Made by a program: the position numbers and the translations under genes. A stretch of DNA of 64,000 nucleotides. Source: Mobula hypostoma. Lineage: Eukaryota. Below are positions 49,780 through 62,206 of the stretch, piece after piece. The DNA is taken from positions 14,448,001 through 14,512,000 of the forward strand of contig NC_086118.1 of NCBI RefSeq assembly GCF_963921235.1, read 5' to 3'. The notes below the pieces were generated by a model. It worked only from the letters and a program-made list of their open reading frames with translations. It was not told the origin of the DNA and did no database searches. Position 1 is the stretch's first letter. Every line of letters begins with the position of its first letter.

Positions 49780-50640
49780 CAAAGATTCAAAGTACTTTTA
49801 TTATCAAAGTAGGTATGGCGTATACAACCCTGAGATTTGTCTTCTCTTAGACAGCCATGTAACAAAGAAATTCCTGGAACCCATTCAAAGAAAAACACTA
49901 AACCCTCCCCCCCCCCCACCACAACGTGACGAAAGAACAAATCATGGCAAATGGCAAAAAAGAAGAAAAACGAGTTCCTTTCAATCTAGCTCTGTGTCAT
50001 TTGAAGGCCACCCCTTCAAAATCACCCAAAATAGCAACAGAAGAAAGGAAAGGCCAGAAACTAGAAAGACATCATAACGTGTACTACAGAGTCCAGTCCA
50101 TAACCTGTATCAATTAGACCTTGCCAGAGGCCCAGGACTCCAGCACAATTCTCTGGTAACATCGAGCAAGAGGGATAGTGAGACCATTTGAGCACAGGGA
50201 CCTTCCTCTGGGAGCAGCAAGCAAGAGGCAGAGAGAGACCATCACACACGGATATCTTCCTCCAACAGCAGCGAGCGAGAGACTGGTAGACGGCACTGAA
50301 CACCTGCACCCACCTTGACGATTTCAATCTTCCTCAATGCTTCTTTCGGCGAGGTTGGCGAGAAATAGAGTCGATCATGGGCTGTGCTCTGTCTCTAGGC
50401 TTCTTGGCCTTGTGGTCGAGTATTTTCACCCAAAAGCTCAATGACCTCGGAGACAGCAAGGCACCAGATTGATCAATTGGCATGAAAGCACACCACCAAA
50501 ATGTAGATCAAAGGCTCCAACAGCAGCAGAACCACATCTGAAAGAAAAAGAAGATGTAAAAGAAGTGAAAGAAGTAGCTTTGTGAACTGTCTAGAGGATT
50601 ATGGTCCTTGGTCGCGTTGTTCACTTACACCATCTTCTCC
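49780..50640 (-). mobile_element. Putative non-autonomous LINE derivative carrying a Rex1-family 3' tail but no RT
   Basis: The left end caaagattcaaagtacttttattatcaaag...tacaaccctgagatt matches the Rex1-family tail. The right end reads GAAGATGGTG on the minus strand, like AAGATGGCG-type LINE 5' starts. Confidence 0.45.
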
Positions 50641-51119
50641 TGAAATTATATTTTAATTCTTATTTTCTCTTCCCTCTCTTTTTCAAAAATAATGTAACCC
50701 TTATGAGAACCAAATGCATTAGTCTCAATGGGTACCATCAATATCAGAAAGATTAAGCAGCATTAAAACATCATCTCCTTCCTTCTGTTACACGTCCTTC
50801 TTGGGCATAGCATAGTAACATACTGCTTTCTATAAAATGAAGCTACTTCCTGGTTGAAATGTTTGGTGACTTTAGTAGCAGACCCATAGCAATCATGTAG
50901 CCCCCTTCTGAACGCTGATGGGAGACTCGTGAATATTGAGAAAACTTGAAACCACAGCATTATATGATCATTCACTGGTCATGTACTTCTTGGTTTTATT
51001 TCTAGCATTAACATAGTGGATGATAAGATTCCCAACTCTCAAAGTAATTATAGTGCTAAGAGTAGCTCCCCACTGGGTAAATAACTTTTTTTAACTAGTC
51101 CTGGATGATAAAGTTCTCC

Positions 51120-51495
51120 CATTCATGTGCTGTGTCATATGACATGGGCAATCATGTTCTTTTAATGACCATGATAATTCTTCGCAATTTTTTCTACAAG
51201 AAGTAGTTTGCCATTGCCTTTTTCTGGTCAGTGTCTTTACAAGATGGGTGACCCCAGCCATTATCAATACTCTTCAGAAATTGTCTGCCTAGTGTCGGTG
51301 GCTGCATAACTAGGACTGGTGATATACACCAGCTGCTTATACGACAACCCACCACCTACTTCTGTGGCTTCGCATGACCCTGATAGGGGGGCTAATCAGG
51401 TGCTACACCTTACCCAAGGGTGACCTGCAGGCTAGTGAGGGAATGAGCACCTTACTCCTCCTTTGATAGACACGTATCTCTACCCTGCCACCCTG
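51120..51495 (-). mobile_element. RTE-related SINE-like element
   Basis: Reverse-complement paralogue of 54905-55270. Confidence 0.7.
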
Positions 51496-51844
51496 GATGA
51501 TAAAGGTTTTTTTCAAAGGACCTTATTTTCAGTTAGGGTCATTTTGTTTGTAACCTTCTCACCATGGCTCATAACAAATTAGACTTGTTAGCTATCTCTG
51601 ACTAACAGCCACGTGATTCAGCAATGCATGGGCAACGGTGAAACAGCCATTTCCGATAAACAACACATGTCCAGGGTCGGTATGATTTGGGTTCAACACA
51701 AACAGGAAAGTTGAAATGTTCTATTAAGGGAACGGAAATTATGGTGAATGCTGTATAAATATAGCCCCATGCATAACTTATCATTCACCAGGAAATAACA
51801 GAACCTATACTGGCATAAAGTTAAAGTGGAAATATATTTACAAA

Positions 51845-52130
51845 GGTTGTCATTGCGGGGGTAGAAGTGGGGATAAGCTCCCACTCCCTATAAAGTGCTC
51901 CAAATAGCATGTATCTCTAACAGCCTCTGACTACCAAGTCCAACTCTTGGCCTTCATGTGTGGCTTAGCAACTAGGCCGGGCGGAACTATTTCTACTGAC
52001 AAGAGAAGGGACAAAGGTGGACCACTGGTGCCTCAAAACCAGTTACTTTGTGGAGCTCGTAGCCTTGGATGGCAGCCATCTCGGAGAAACTCTGATTCTA
52101 AATCTCTGCTGCCTTGTGGCCATACCCACC
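51845..52130 (+). mobile_element. Possible RTE-clade LINE 5' UTR fragment
   Basis: ggcagccatctcggagaaactctgattctaaatc resembles the RTE 5' UTR motif (recalled, not searched). Confidence 0.35.
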
Positions 52131-52224
52131 CAATAGTTTGTTACAAACTAATTGGCTAGTTCGTAAGTATTGGTAGTTCCTCCATGGAACCATTTGTCTG
52201 AAAAAGGAATTTCTTACAATGGTA

Positions 52225-52658
52225 AACAACAGGAATTCTGCAGATGCTGGAAACTCAAGCAACACACATCAAAGTTGCTGGTGAATGCAGCAGGCCTGGC
52301 AGCATCTCTAGGAAGAGGTGCAGTCGAAGTTTCAGGCCGACACCCTTTGTCAGGACTAACTGAAGGAAGAGTGAGTAAGGGATTTAAAAGTTGGAGGGGG
52401 AGGGGGAGATCCAAAATGATAGGAGAAGACAGGAGGGGGAGGGATAGAGCCGAGAGCTGGACAGGTGATAGGCAAAAGGGATACCTTTTGGAGTTTGAGA
52501 GTTCAAGGGTTTGAGAGAGCAGACAGCTGTAAATTCAACACACTCAGTCAGAGAATGGGAGTTAGTCCTGACGAAGGGTCTCGGCCTGAAACGTCAACTG
52601 CACCTCTTCCTAGAGATGCTGCCTGGCCTGCTGCGTTCACCAGCAACTTTGATGTGTG
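52225..52658. mobile_element. Short inverted Penelope-end pair with a unique central spacer
   Basis: Arms nearly identical to those at 2348-3528. Exact 15-bp direct repeat tttcttacaatggta at 52210-52224 and 52659-52673. Confidence 0.9.
52564..52599 (+). ncRNA. Minimal hammerhead ribozyme motif, intact catalytic core
   Basis: AGTC-CTGACGA-AGG[GTCTCGG]CCT-GAAA-CG-TC-AACT, with one mismatch in stem I. Confidence 0.65.
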
Positions 52659-53477
52659 TTTCTTACAATGGTATCTGTCTTTCAGGCTGGGTTCCGTGAG
52701 CATCTTCCATTGTGCTCTCCTCCGCACCTCACTTCTCCCCCAACTCCAGCAAAAGAGACACCCAAAAACCCAGGTTCTCTGAGAAATTGGATGCCACCAA
52801 TTTCTCTGGAATGTTCTATGGCATCACAATGGACAGAATGTTATCAAGACAAACCTGATTGGCTGATTCAACATTCCTAAGCTAATCAAATGACTCATCA
52901 TCTTAACAGAAAATGCAAAAGTGGACTGTAAAATTTGATTAACACTGCATTTTACAAAAAGGCTGCAGAAAATAAAATACCCAAAAGCATAACTGTAGAA
53001 ATACAATAAAACATGTTCTTTACCAGGGTATTACATATATTTCTATAGTGTAGATTTACCATGTTGTTCAATTTGTAGACACTCAGTAGAAATGCAGCCA
53101 CAGAGGGTAAACATTGATTGGAATTTATTTCCTTTTCTGGGCAGCAGCCAGTCTGGAGATTGTGGACGGAGTAATCTTGGGGAATATCTTCTTGGGCAGA
53201 CCATGGAATGAGTAGTCTTCTCCTGATAGAGGGTCTATATAATAAGCTAGAAATTTGTTATAGCCAGTATCGTCAATCAGGAATTATTGAACTAGCCAGT
53301 TTTTTTTTCTGTCCTGTATTAAGGTTTGTAGTTTTCAGTGAAACTGAATATTTTGACCTTGATTTTTTTTGTAACCAATTTGCTTTGATTTCTATTTCAG
53401 TAACAGCTGCAATCAGAAAGGATTTTCTTCTCCTACCAAAATAGGAAACATTTCATGTTTATGTAACATTATATTTG

Positions 53478-53980
53478 CACTCAGAAGTGGAACCCAGTGT
53501 GGTCTTCAGCTGCTGTAGCCAATCCACTTCAAGGCTGGATGTGTTGTGCATTCAGGGATCCTCTTGTACACATCACTGTTGTAACATGTGGTTATTTGAG
53601 TTACTGTCACTTTCCTGTCAGCTTGAAGAAGTCTGGCCATTCTCCTCTGACCTTCTTTTGCCCACAGAACTGCTGCTCACTGGATTTTTTGCACCATTCT
53701 CTGTAAACTCTAGAGACTGTTGTGTGTGAAAATCCCAGGAGATCAGCAATTCCTGAGATACTCAAACCACACCATCTGACAACAATAATCATTCCATGGT
53801 CAAAGTCACTGACAGAAGGTGACATTTCTTCCCCATTTTGATGTTTGATCTGGAGAACAACTGAACCTCTTGACCATGTCTGTATGATTTTATGCATTGA
53901 GTTGCTGCTACATGATTGGCTGATTAGATATTTTCATTAATGAGCAGGTGTACTTAATAAAATGGTCACTGACACTGAGT
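53478..53980 (-). mobile_element. Tc1-like non-autonomous deletion derivative
   Basis: ORF 53607-53897 reads SDFDHGMIIVVRWCGLSISGIADLLGFSHTTVSRVYREW (Tc1 HTH). Terminal ggtgtacttaataaaatggtcactg at the right end. Confidence 0.75.
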
Positions 53981-54904
53981 ATATGGGTCTGCAAGATACA
54001 CTGATTTGTATTATGGTTTATGATTCTGATATGTCAGTATGCCAAATGCTAACTTTCAGTTGGGAGCTGTTGCCTTGAATATAAGATTTGCTGTGGATAG
54101 ACACAGGATCCCTGAAGAAGGTATACCAACAAGAAAGATGTACGGTTTCCGTACATCCTGGTGGTATGTTTAAGGAGCTGAATTGCTGGGGTCTGAAGGT
54201 CAGAAGATAAGGAGGTGTAAATGGGAAATGCTTAACAGTATCTGCTGCAGACTTCAGGAGAGCAATGATTATGAAACGATACAGGTGAAGCTCCCTGTGC
54301 AGGTGTACATATTGAATCCTTGCTAGCTCAACTTGTGTAAAATACCCAGGGTCTTTAAATTACTCTCAGCACTCTCCCCTGTAGTGATGTATGATGGAGC
54401 AGTGGGGGAAGTGAACTGACAGGTTTGTAGTACAGATGGATGGGTCCAGCTGCCCTTTATCGTCAGGGATTATGAGTATACATCAATGGTCATGGGACTA
54501 CACTGACGTAACAAACACTCTGCTGGGGGATTTTCAGGAAGCTGAGCAGCATTTGTGCCTGCTGAGCTTCTGCAGATTGTTTGCTGCTCCATGTTCCAGC
54601 ATCTGCAGCCTCTTCAAACTAGATGGTCGGAATGCTGATGCTTTGTGCTGGAATAATTTGGGAGGGGGAAGGTTGATGCTATTTGCTGCTGCTTGTGCAT
54701 GGCGAGGGGCAGGGCGTTTGGGATCCTTGCTTCCTTTTTTCTGTCATTCATTCTTTTGGGGTTTTCTTCCGTTTCGAGGATGTCTGAGAAAGTAAGAATT
54801 TCAGATTGTACATTGTATACATTCTCCAATATTAAATCAAACTATTGAAATTGAACTATTGTTTGAGGTACTTGAGGGACTATTTTTAAAATGATCATTG
54901 TTTT

Positions 54905-55270
54905 AGGGTGGCGGGTTGGAGTTACGTCTCTACCAAAGGAGGTGTAAGACGTTCCTTCCTTCCGCCAGCCTGCAGGTCACCCTTGGGCAAAGTGTAGCAC
55001 CCGCTTAGCCAAACGTGAAGCCAGCAGAGCAGGTGGTGGATGTTCATACCACAAGTCCTGGCTATGTGACTGCCTACACCAGGCAGATAGTCTCTGAAGA
55101 GTATTGATAATAGCTGGGGTCATTCGGCTTGTAAAGACACTGCCCAGAAGAAGGTAGTGGCAAACCACTTTGGTAGAAATATTTGCCAAGGACAATTATG
55201 GTCATGGATAGACAATGGTCGCCCAAGTCATAAGACACGGCACACAAGGATGATGGTGATGATGATGATT
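54905..55270 (+). mobile_element. RTE-related SINE-like element
   Basis: agaagaaggtagtggcaaaccact...tgccaagg resembles the BovB/Bov-A-type motif. (GAT)n tail; second copy at 51120-51495. Confidence 0.65.
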
Positions 55271-56815
55271 GTTTTAGGCAGTGAAGGGTCTTCGAAGCAA
55301 CCCACACTCTGGTATGTATTGTGCTGTAGAAGGTGGTGACTGGCTGGTTAATGGAGATTGGCAGACAACAGATACACAGTTTGGAGCTTCAGTGGAACAG
55401 CTGTACCAAAAAGTCATTCAGTGACTCTAATACTAATGCTGGGGGACAGTGCTGAGGTGGAGAATAGTTGCTGCAGAGGTAGATTGAGAAATTGTGTGAG
55501 AGTTGCAGAACCCACTAGGTTGTAAGAGGAGCAAGAGCAATGCAGAAGTTTGGGGATGAGTACACAGCAAGTGCAAGGAGGTCAGTCGATAGTGACCAAC
55601 CCACAAGTGGGGATGTACCAACATCACTGCAGGCATAATTTGATCACGGTCCATCTGACAGAGATTATGAAGCTTCAGCTAGGAGAAAAGCAGGCAGCTA
55701 TATGTGAGACCTTCCTGGGAGTGAGTAGAAAACTGGTCTGTCAGAAGCAGGCATGTGTTCCATGCTAACAAAACTACAAGAAAGCTGTTTGGCATATAAC
55801 CAAAGGATGTGGTGAAACAGCATGGCAGTAAATGGGAGCAAGATACCCCCAAATATAAATTCTGTGACTTTTATGTCTACCAGCTGCATCTCTCTAGTGT
55901 CTTCATTCACAATTGCAACAGGTCAATGGTACTTTCAGGCTCCCTCTACACAGGATGAGCCACTGATGCCCGAGTTCCTCTGATTCCAAGCCTATCAGTT
56001 TGCCACCAATCACTGTTCAATTCCATTGATTCCAAGTCTAGCAGTTTGCTATTCTGTCTAGATCTGATAACACATGTCCATGCCAAGATCAACCCTAACA
56101 CTTCTGTAAAGTGATCAGGTAATAGTGCAATTGTGGAATGCAAATTAACCTCAAGCTGCTAAGTGGTGGTGAAAATTGAATACAATTACAAGCATATTGT
56201 TAAATATATCTATAAAATATACTAACTAAATACACTTATCTAAGTCTGCTAAACTAACTGCAGAAGTAGGAGACTGCTTCACATGGGTTAAAAACTGGAT
56301 TCCATCTCTGGCTTGTATGTCTTCTCGGGGAAGCAGAAAGCAATAAACAAAAAGAAAATATTTACATGTCCACCCTGAGGTTTCTGGTCACTGAAGCATA
56401 CATAGATCAAAACTTGAAAACTTTTTTTCAGCTTAGAAGATTTTTCCATAAATTATGCAATTAATAAATTTGTTTCTAGCCCTTCTGTTTTAATTTTGTA
56501 CTTATACCACTTTCTGACTGATGTGCAACACAAGATGATTGTACGTTTGTAATTTTTGCTCCCAAAACATGATCTGTAAATGTTTTTTGATGTGGTTGTT
56601 CAGCCTATTTTTTCTCCCGAGTTCATTACTTGTTTGAGGTTTTCTCTTGCCCAATCTTACCATCCATTTTTTTTATTTTGGCATTACTGTGTTGTCAGCA
56701 CAGAATGCATTGCCACTAATTAATAGATAATGTATTCATGATGTAATAGTTGATCAGTTCAGGTCACATGTCTGCATTTTATTTTAACTAGCTAAAAGAA
56801 TTGATATTTATGGAG

Positions 56816-59338
56816 GCAAACATGAGGAAATCTGCAGATGCTGGAAGTTCAAGCAAAACAAACAAAATGCTGGTGGAAGGCAGCAGGCCAGGGAGCATCT
56901 ATTGGAAGAGGTACAGTCAACATTTTGGGCCGAGACCCTTCATCAGGACTAACTGAAAGAAGAGATAGTAAGAGATTTGGAAGTGAGAGGGGTAGGGGGA
57001 GGTCCAAAATGAAAGCAGAAGATAGGAAGGGGAGGGATGGAGCTAAGAGCTGGAAAGTTGATTGGCAAAAGGGATACAAGGCAGGAGAAGGGAGAGGATC
57101 ATGGGATGGGAAGCCCTGGGAGAAAGAAAGGGGGAGGGGAGCCCAGAGGAAGATGGAGGACAGGCAAGGAGTTATAGTGGGAGGGACAGAGGGAGGAAAA
57201 AGAGAGAGAGAGAGAGAGAAGGGAGGGGGGGAGATAATAAATAAATAAATAAATAAATAAATATATGGGATATAGGAATAGGGTTCCCCTTGTCCTCACC
57301 TACCACCCCACCAGCCTCCGGGTCCAACATATTATTCTCCGTAACTTCCATCACCTCCAGTGGGATCTCACCACCAAGCACATCTTTCCCTCCCACTCCT
57401 CTTTCTGCTTTCCGCAGGGATCGCTCCCTACGCGACTCCCTTGGCAATTCGTCCCCTCTATCCCTTCCCACCGATCTCCCTCCCGACACTTATCCTTGTA
57501 AGTGGAACAAGTGCAACACATGCCCTTACACTTCCTCCCTCACCAACATTCAGGGCCCCATACAGTCCTTCCAGGTGAGGCGACACTTCACCTGTGAGTC
57601 GGGTGGGGTGACATACTGTGTCCGGTGCTCCCGATGCGGCCTTCTATATAATTTATACTTTATACTTTATTGTCGCTAAACAATTGATACTAGAGCGTGC
57701 AATCATCACAGCGATATTTGATTCTGTGCTTCGTGCTCCCTGGAGTACAAATCGATAGTAAATATTAAAAATTTAAATTAGAAATCATAAATAGAAAATA
57801 GAAGAGGGAAAATAAGGCAGTGCAAAAAAACCGAGAGGCAGGTCCGGATATTTGGAGGGTACGGCCCAGATCCGGGTCAAGATCCGTCCAGCAGTCTTAT
57901 CACAGTTGGAAAGAAGCTGTTCCCAAATCTGGCTGTATGAGTCTTCAAGCTCCTGAGCCTTCTCCCGGAGGGAAGAGGGACGAAAGGTGTGTTGGCTGGG
58001 TGGGTTGTGTCCTTGATTATCCTGGCAGCACTGCTCCGACAGCGTGCGGTGTAAAGTGAGTCCAAGGATGGAAGGTTGGTTGGTGTGTTGTGCTGGGCTG
58101 TGTTAACGATCTTCTGCAGCTTCTTCCGGTCTTGAACAGGACAACTTCCATACCAGGTTGTGGTGCACCCTAGAAGAATGCTATCTACGGTGCATTTATA
58201 AAAGTTAGTGAGGGTTTTAGGGGACAGGCCAAATTTCTTCAGCTTCCTCAGGAAGTAAAGGCGCTGGTGGGCCTTCTTGGCAGTGGACTGTGCTCCGTTG
58301 GGCCAAATCAGGTCATTTGTGATATTGACCCCGAGGAACTTAAAGCTTTTGACCTTTTCCACTTGCGCACCACCGATGTAAATGGGGTCGTACGGTCCGC
58401 TACTCCTTCTGAAGTCAACAACTAATTCCTTCGTCTTGCTGACGTTGAAGGTTAGGTTATTGTCTTCGCTCCATGCCACCATGTTCTTAAATTCCTCTCT
58501 GTATGCAAACTCATCATTACCCGAGATACGGCCTACAATTGTGGTCTCATCAACAAACTTATATATTGCGTTTGATGGGAACTTAGCTACACAATCATGA
58601 GTGTACAGTGAGTACAGCAGGGGGCTGAGTACACAGCCTTGTGGGGCACCGGTGCTCAGAGTGATTGTAGAGGAGAGCTTGACGCAGGCTGGCAGAGGGT
58701 TTTGCTGAACACCTACGCTGTGTGCGCCAGAGAAAACAGGATCTCCCAGTGGCCACACATTTTAATTCCACGTCCCATTCCCATTCTGATATGTCTATCC
58801 ACCGCTTCCTGTACTGTCAAGATGAAGCCACACTCAGGTTGGAGGAACAACACCTTATATTCCGTCTGGGTAGCCTCCAACCTGATGGCATGAACATTGA
58901 CTTCTCTAACTTCTGTTAATGCCCCACCTTTCCTTCTTACCCCATCCCTTATTTATTTACTTATTATTCCCCCCCTTTTTCTCTCTCTCTTTTTTCTCCC
59001 TCTGTCCCTCCCACTATAACTCCTTGCCTGCTCTCCATCTTCCTCTGAGCTCCCCTCCCCCTTTCTTTCTCCCAAGGCTTCCCGTCCCATAATCCTCTCC
59101 CTTCTCCAGTCTTGTATCCCTTTTGCCAATCAACTTTCCAGCTTTTAGTACCATCCCACCCCCTCCTGTCTTCTCCTATCATTTTGGATCTCCCCCTCCC
59201 CCTACCACTTTCAAGTCTCTTACTATCTCTTCTTTCAGTTAGTCCTGACGAAGGGTCTCGGCTTGAAATGTCAGCTGTACCTCTGCCAATAGATGCTGCC
59301 TGGCCTGCAGCATTCCACCAGCATTTTGTGTGTGTTGC
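56816..59338. mobile_element. Penelope-like element, inverted pair, with a Rex1 LINE inserted in the GIY-YIG region
   Basis: The right arm (+) encodes RVPLVLTYHP..., AFRRDRSLRDSL, CKWNKCNTCPY, VTYCVRCSRCGLLY|..FAEHLR..GMNIDF. The left arm is an inverted 3' end. Flanks ttgatatttatggag (56801-56815) / ttgatatttacagag (59339-59353). Confidence 0.9.
57651..58680 (-). mobile_element. Young 5'-truncated Rex1/Babar-like LINE
   Basis: Uninterrupted frame STGAPQGCVLSPLLYSLYTHDC..KFVDETT..FKFLGVNIT..PLPSGRRLRSL (57877-58680); tttatac tandem tail at 57652-57670. Confidence 0.9.
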
Positions 59339-60214
59339 TTGATATTTACAGAGATTTCATTTAATGTGCGATACATTTCAAAGGTTGGTTTGGGAAATAG
59401 TTTGATTTTCCAGTCAGTAATGATGCAAAGGAATCTATTAATTATTCATAAAATGATTTGCTGAATTTTACCCTTATATGTAAGGCCCAGGGTGTACTTA
59501 TTGTATTCTTATCTACTAGTCCACTTTGAAGGAGCACAGGATTATATGCAACAACGTCTTTGAACTTCAGCAGTATAATTTGAATGGATTATAATTGATG
59601 AGATTCATTTCATTCAAAATGAAGGCCAACAACATGAAGTCCCTTCAGTGTATTGAGATACTATGAGATTTTTCAACATTGTCCAATTGTACTTGTGATC
59701 AAAAGGAAATGTCATTATTGTTATACAGAGTAAGGTCAAATGGAGGGAGGGGGTAGCATCCAGAGACCAGGGTTCAAACAGCTGCAGCTGGGACCAGCAG
59801 TGGTGGGACAAAAGATGTGAGGAATTGAACAGATGTGCAGGATTGGATGAGGTTTCAGGTGGTCAGTGATGTATGCATGCAGGGCCAGCCTGGTCTTCTC
59901 CTCCCACCCAAAAGAAGCACGTAAGATTAATTGAGAGCCTTTACATGCATGTCCACCTCTTAACTATAGATTTGCATGTTTGGCGCTCCAAACCTCTGCA
60001 GAGTTTCAGTGCTTGCAAAGTATTATGTCTAGTTATAGGCACGGGGAGAGGTAAGATCAAAGTGGGATTTAGAAAGTCAGTGATAATATTAGAATGGATG
60101 TTGTGCTGGACAAAGAATTGATCGGAACTGCCAAATGGAGGATTTTCCACTCCCGTATGGCTATTAAGAAAAAATATGATAAAGGTAAATATATTTTAAG
60201 GATCTGTCTGACTG

Positions 60215-60327
60215 CAAAAGTTCAAAGTTCAGACTATATATATTATTAAAGAACATGTATAGTATGTCACCATGAACAACCCTGAGATTCATTTTCATGC
60301 TGGCATCCACAGTAAGTAAGAAAAGAA

Positions 60328-60358
<31 letters not shown>

Positions 60359-61790
60359 GTAATAATACTTTTAAAAAAAATAAACAATAATTATCAAGAG
60401 CATTTGATGAAGAGTCCTTGAAAGTGAGTTCATAGGTTTTGGGAACAATTCAGTGTTGGGATGAGTGAAGTTATCCCTCTGGTTCAAGAGGCTGATGGTT
60501 GAGGGGTAATATCTGTTCCTGAACCTGATTGTTTGGATCCTGAGGCTTCTGTACCTCATCCCTAATGGTAGCAGTGACAAGAGAGCATGGCCTGGATGGT
60601 AGGAGTCCTTGATGATAGAAGCTGCTTTCCTGAGACAGCACTCCATGTAGATATGCTTGACGGCATGGAGTAAGGGCTTTACCCATGATGGACTAGGCTT
60701 TATTGATTCACCGTTTTCCGTGAAGGGCATTGGTATTTCCATACCAGGCCGTGATGCAACCAGTCAATATACTCTCCATGGCACACTACAGAAGTTTATC
60801 AGTTTTAGATGACATGCTGAATCTTTACAAACTTCTAAGAAATTAGAGGCACTACCATGTCACTTATGTGCTGGACACAGGACAGATGCTCTGTAATGAT
60901 AACACAGACGAATTGAAAGTTGTTGAACCAATGCGGACTGACATTTGGACCTCTGGTTTCTTCCTCCTCTGGTCAATATTCAAATCCTTGGTCTTGCTGA
61001 CATTGAGTGAGAGGTTGTTGTTGTGGCACCATCAGCCAGATTTTCAGTCTCCCTCCTATATGCTGATTAGTCACCATCTTAGATTTGCCCAATGACAGTG
61101 GTGTCACCAGCAAACTTAAACATGGCATTGAAACTGTGCTTATCCTCAAGTCACAAAGTAGAAAGGGAGTAGAGTAGGGAGCTGAGCACACAGCTTTGTG
61201 GTGCACCTGTGCTGATGGGGATTGCGGAGGAGATGTTGTTGACAATTTGAACTGATTGGGGTCTGCAAGTGAGGAAATTGAGGATCCAGTTGCACAAGGA
61301 AGTACTGAAGCCAAGGAGTTGGAGCATATTGACTTGTTTTGAGGGGATGACAGTATTAAATGCCAAGCAGTAGTCAATGAAGAGCACCCTGATATATTCA
61401 TCTTCACTGTCCAGATGTTCCAGGATTGAGTGAAGAGGCAATGAAATAATATCTGCTGTTGTCCTGTTGTTATAGTAGTCATGTTGGAGTGGATTTAAGT
61501 TGCTTCTCAGGCAAGAATTGATATGTCTCATCACCAACCTCTCAAAGCACTTCATCACAGTTGATGGAACCGCTACTGGACGACAGTCTTGGAAGCAGAT
61601 TACCTCATTCTTCTTCGGCACTGTTATAATTGAAGCCTGTTTGAAGCAAGTGGGAACCTCAGACTGCTGAAGTGAGAGGTTAAGGATATCAGTGAGCACT
61701 CCTGCCAGTTGATCATTACAGGTATTTAGTACACAGCCAGTTACCTTATCTGCATTGGATGCTTCCCGTTGGTTCAACCTCCTTAAGGAT
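60215..61790 (-). mobile_element. Rex1/Babar-like LINE (RT plus 3' UTR), decayed, containing a (TAA)n microsatellite at ~60328-60366
   Basis: ORF 61151-61777 reads VMKCFERLVM..VLFIDYCLAFNTVIP..STGAPQSCVLSSLLY. Family tail caaaagttcaaagttc at ~60215. Confidence 0.85.
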
Positions 61791-62206
61791 ACTTTCTAGG
61801 GTCTGTGGTCTGTTACGGTTTTCTTTATATTTTCTGGCTTTTTCTCTGTTTTACATTGTGCTTGTCTTAATTGATCTACCTTTTTTATTCTTCTACTGTT
61901 TTATAACTAGCTGATCTTTTTTATATTTACACTTTTTTTAGTGAGCGTCTATCTGAAGTCATGGGGGTAGTTTTAGTGCTTGCTTCTTTCTGGCGGGACA
62001 GCTTTAGATTAAGCCTTGCGGTCATGGGGTGGAGGGTGGTGGGAGAGGCTTCACGTTTTAGTTTTTTTCTTCTTGGGCTACTTACATTACTGAAGTATTG
62101 GTTGCATTCTCCTTCCCGTTATCTCTGGTTTGTTCTGCTCCCTTTCCGGGTTCGTGGGTCGAACCTATCGTCAATCCTTTTTTTTTGTGGGTTGACTTTA
62201 GGGTTT

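Noticed and set aside
52686..52880. Possible exon after tctttcag (AGFREHLPLCSPPHLTSPPTPAKETPK)
   Set aside because: No recognisable homology and no convincing donor site.
61961..62206. Hydrophobic N-terminal extension of the 477-aa ORF
   Set aside because: It is T-rich spacer that is open by chance. L1 ORF2 homology begins at the ATG at 62207.
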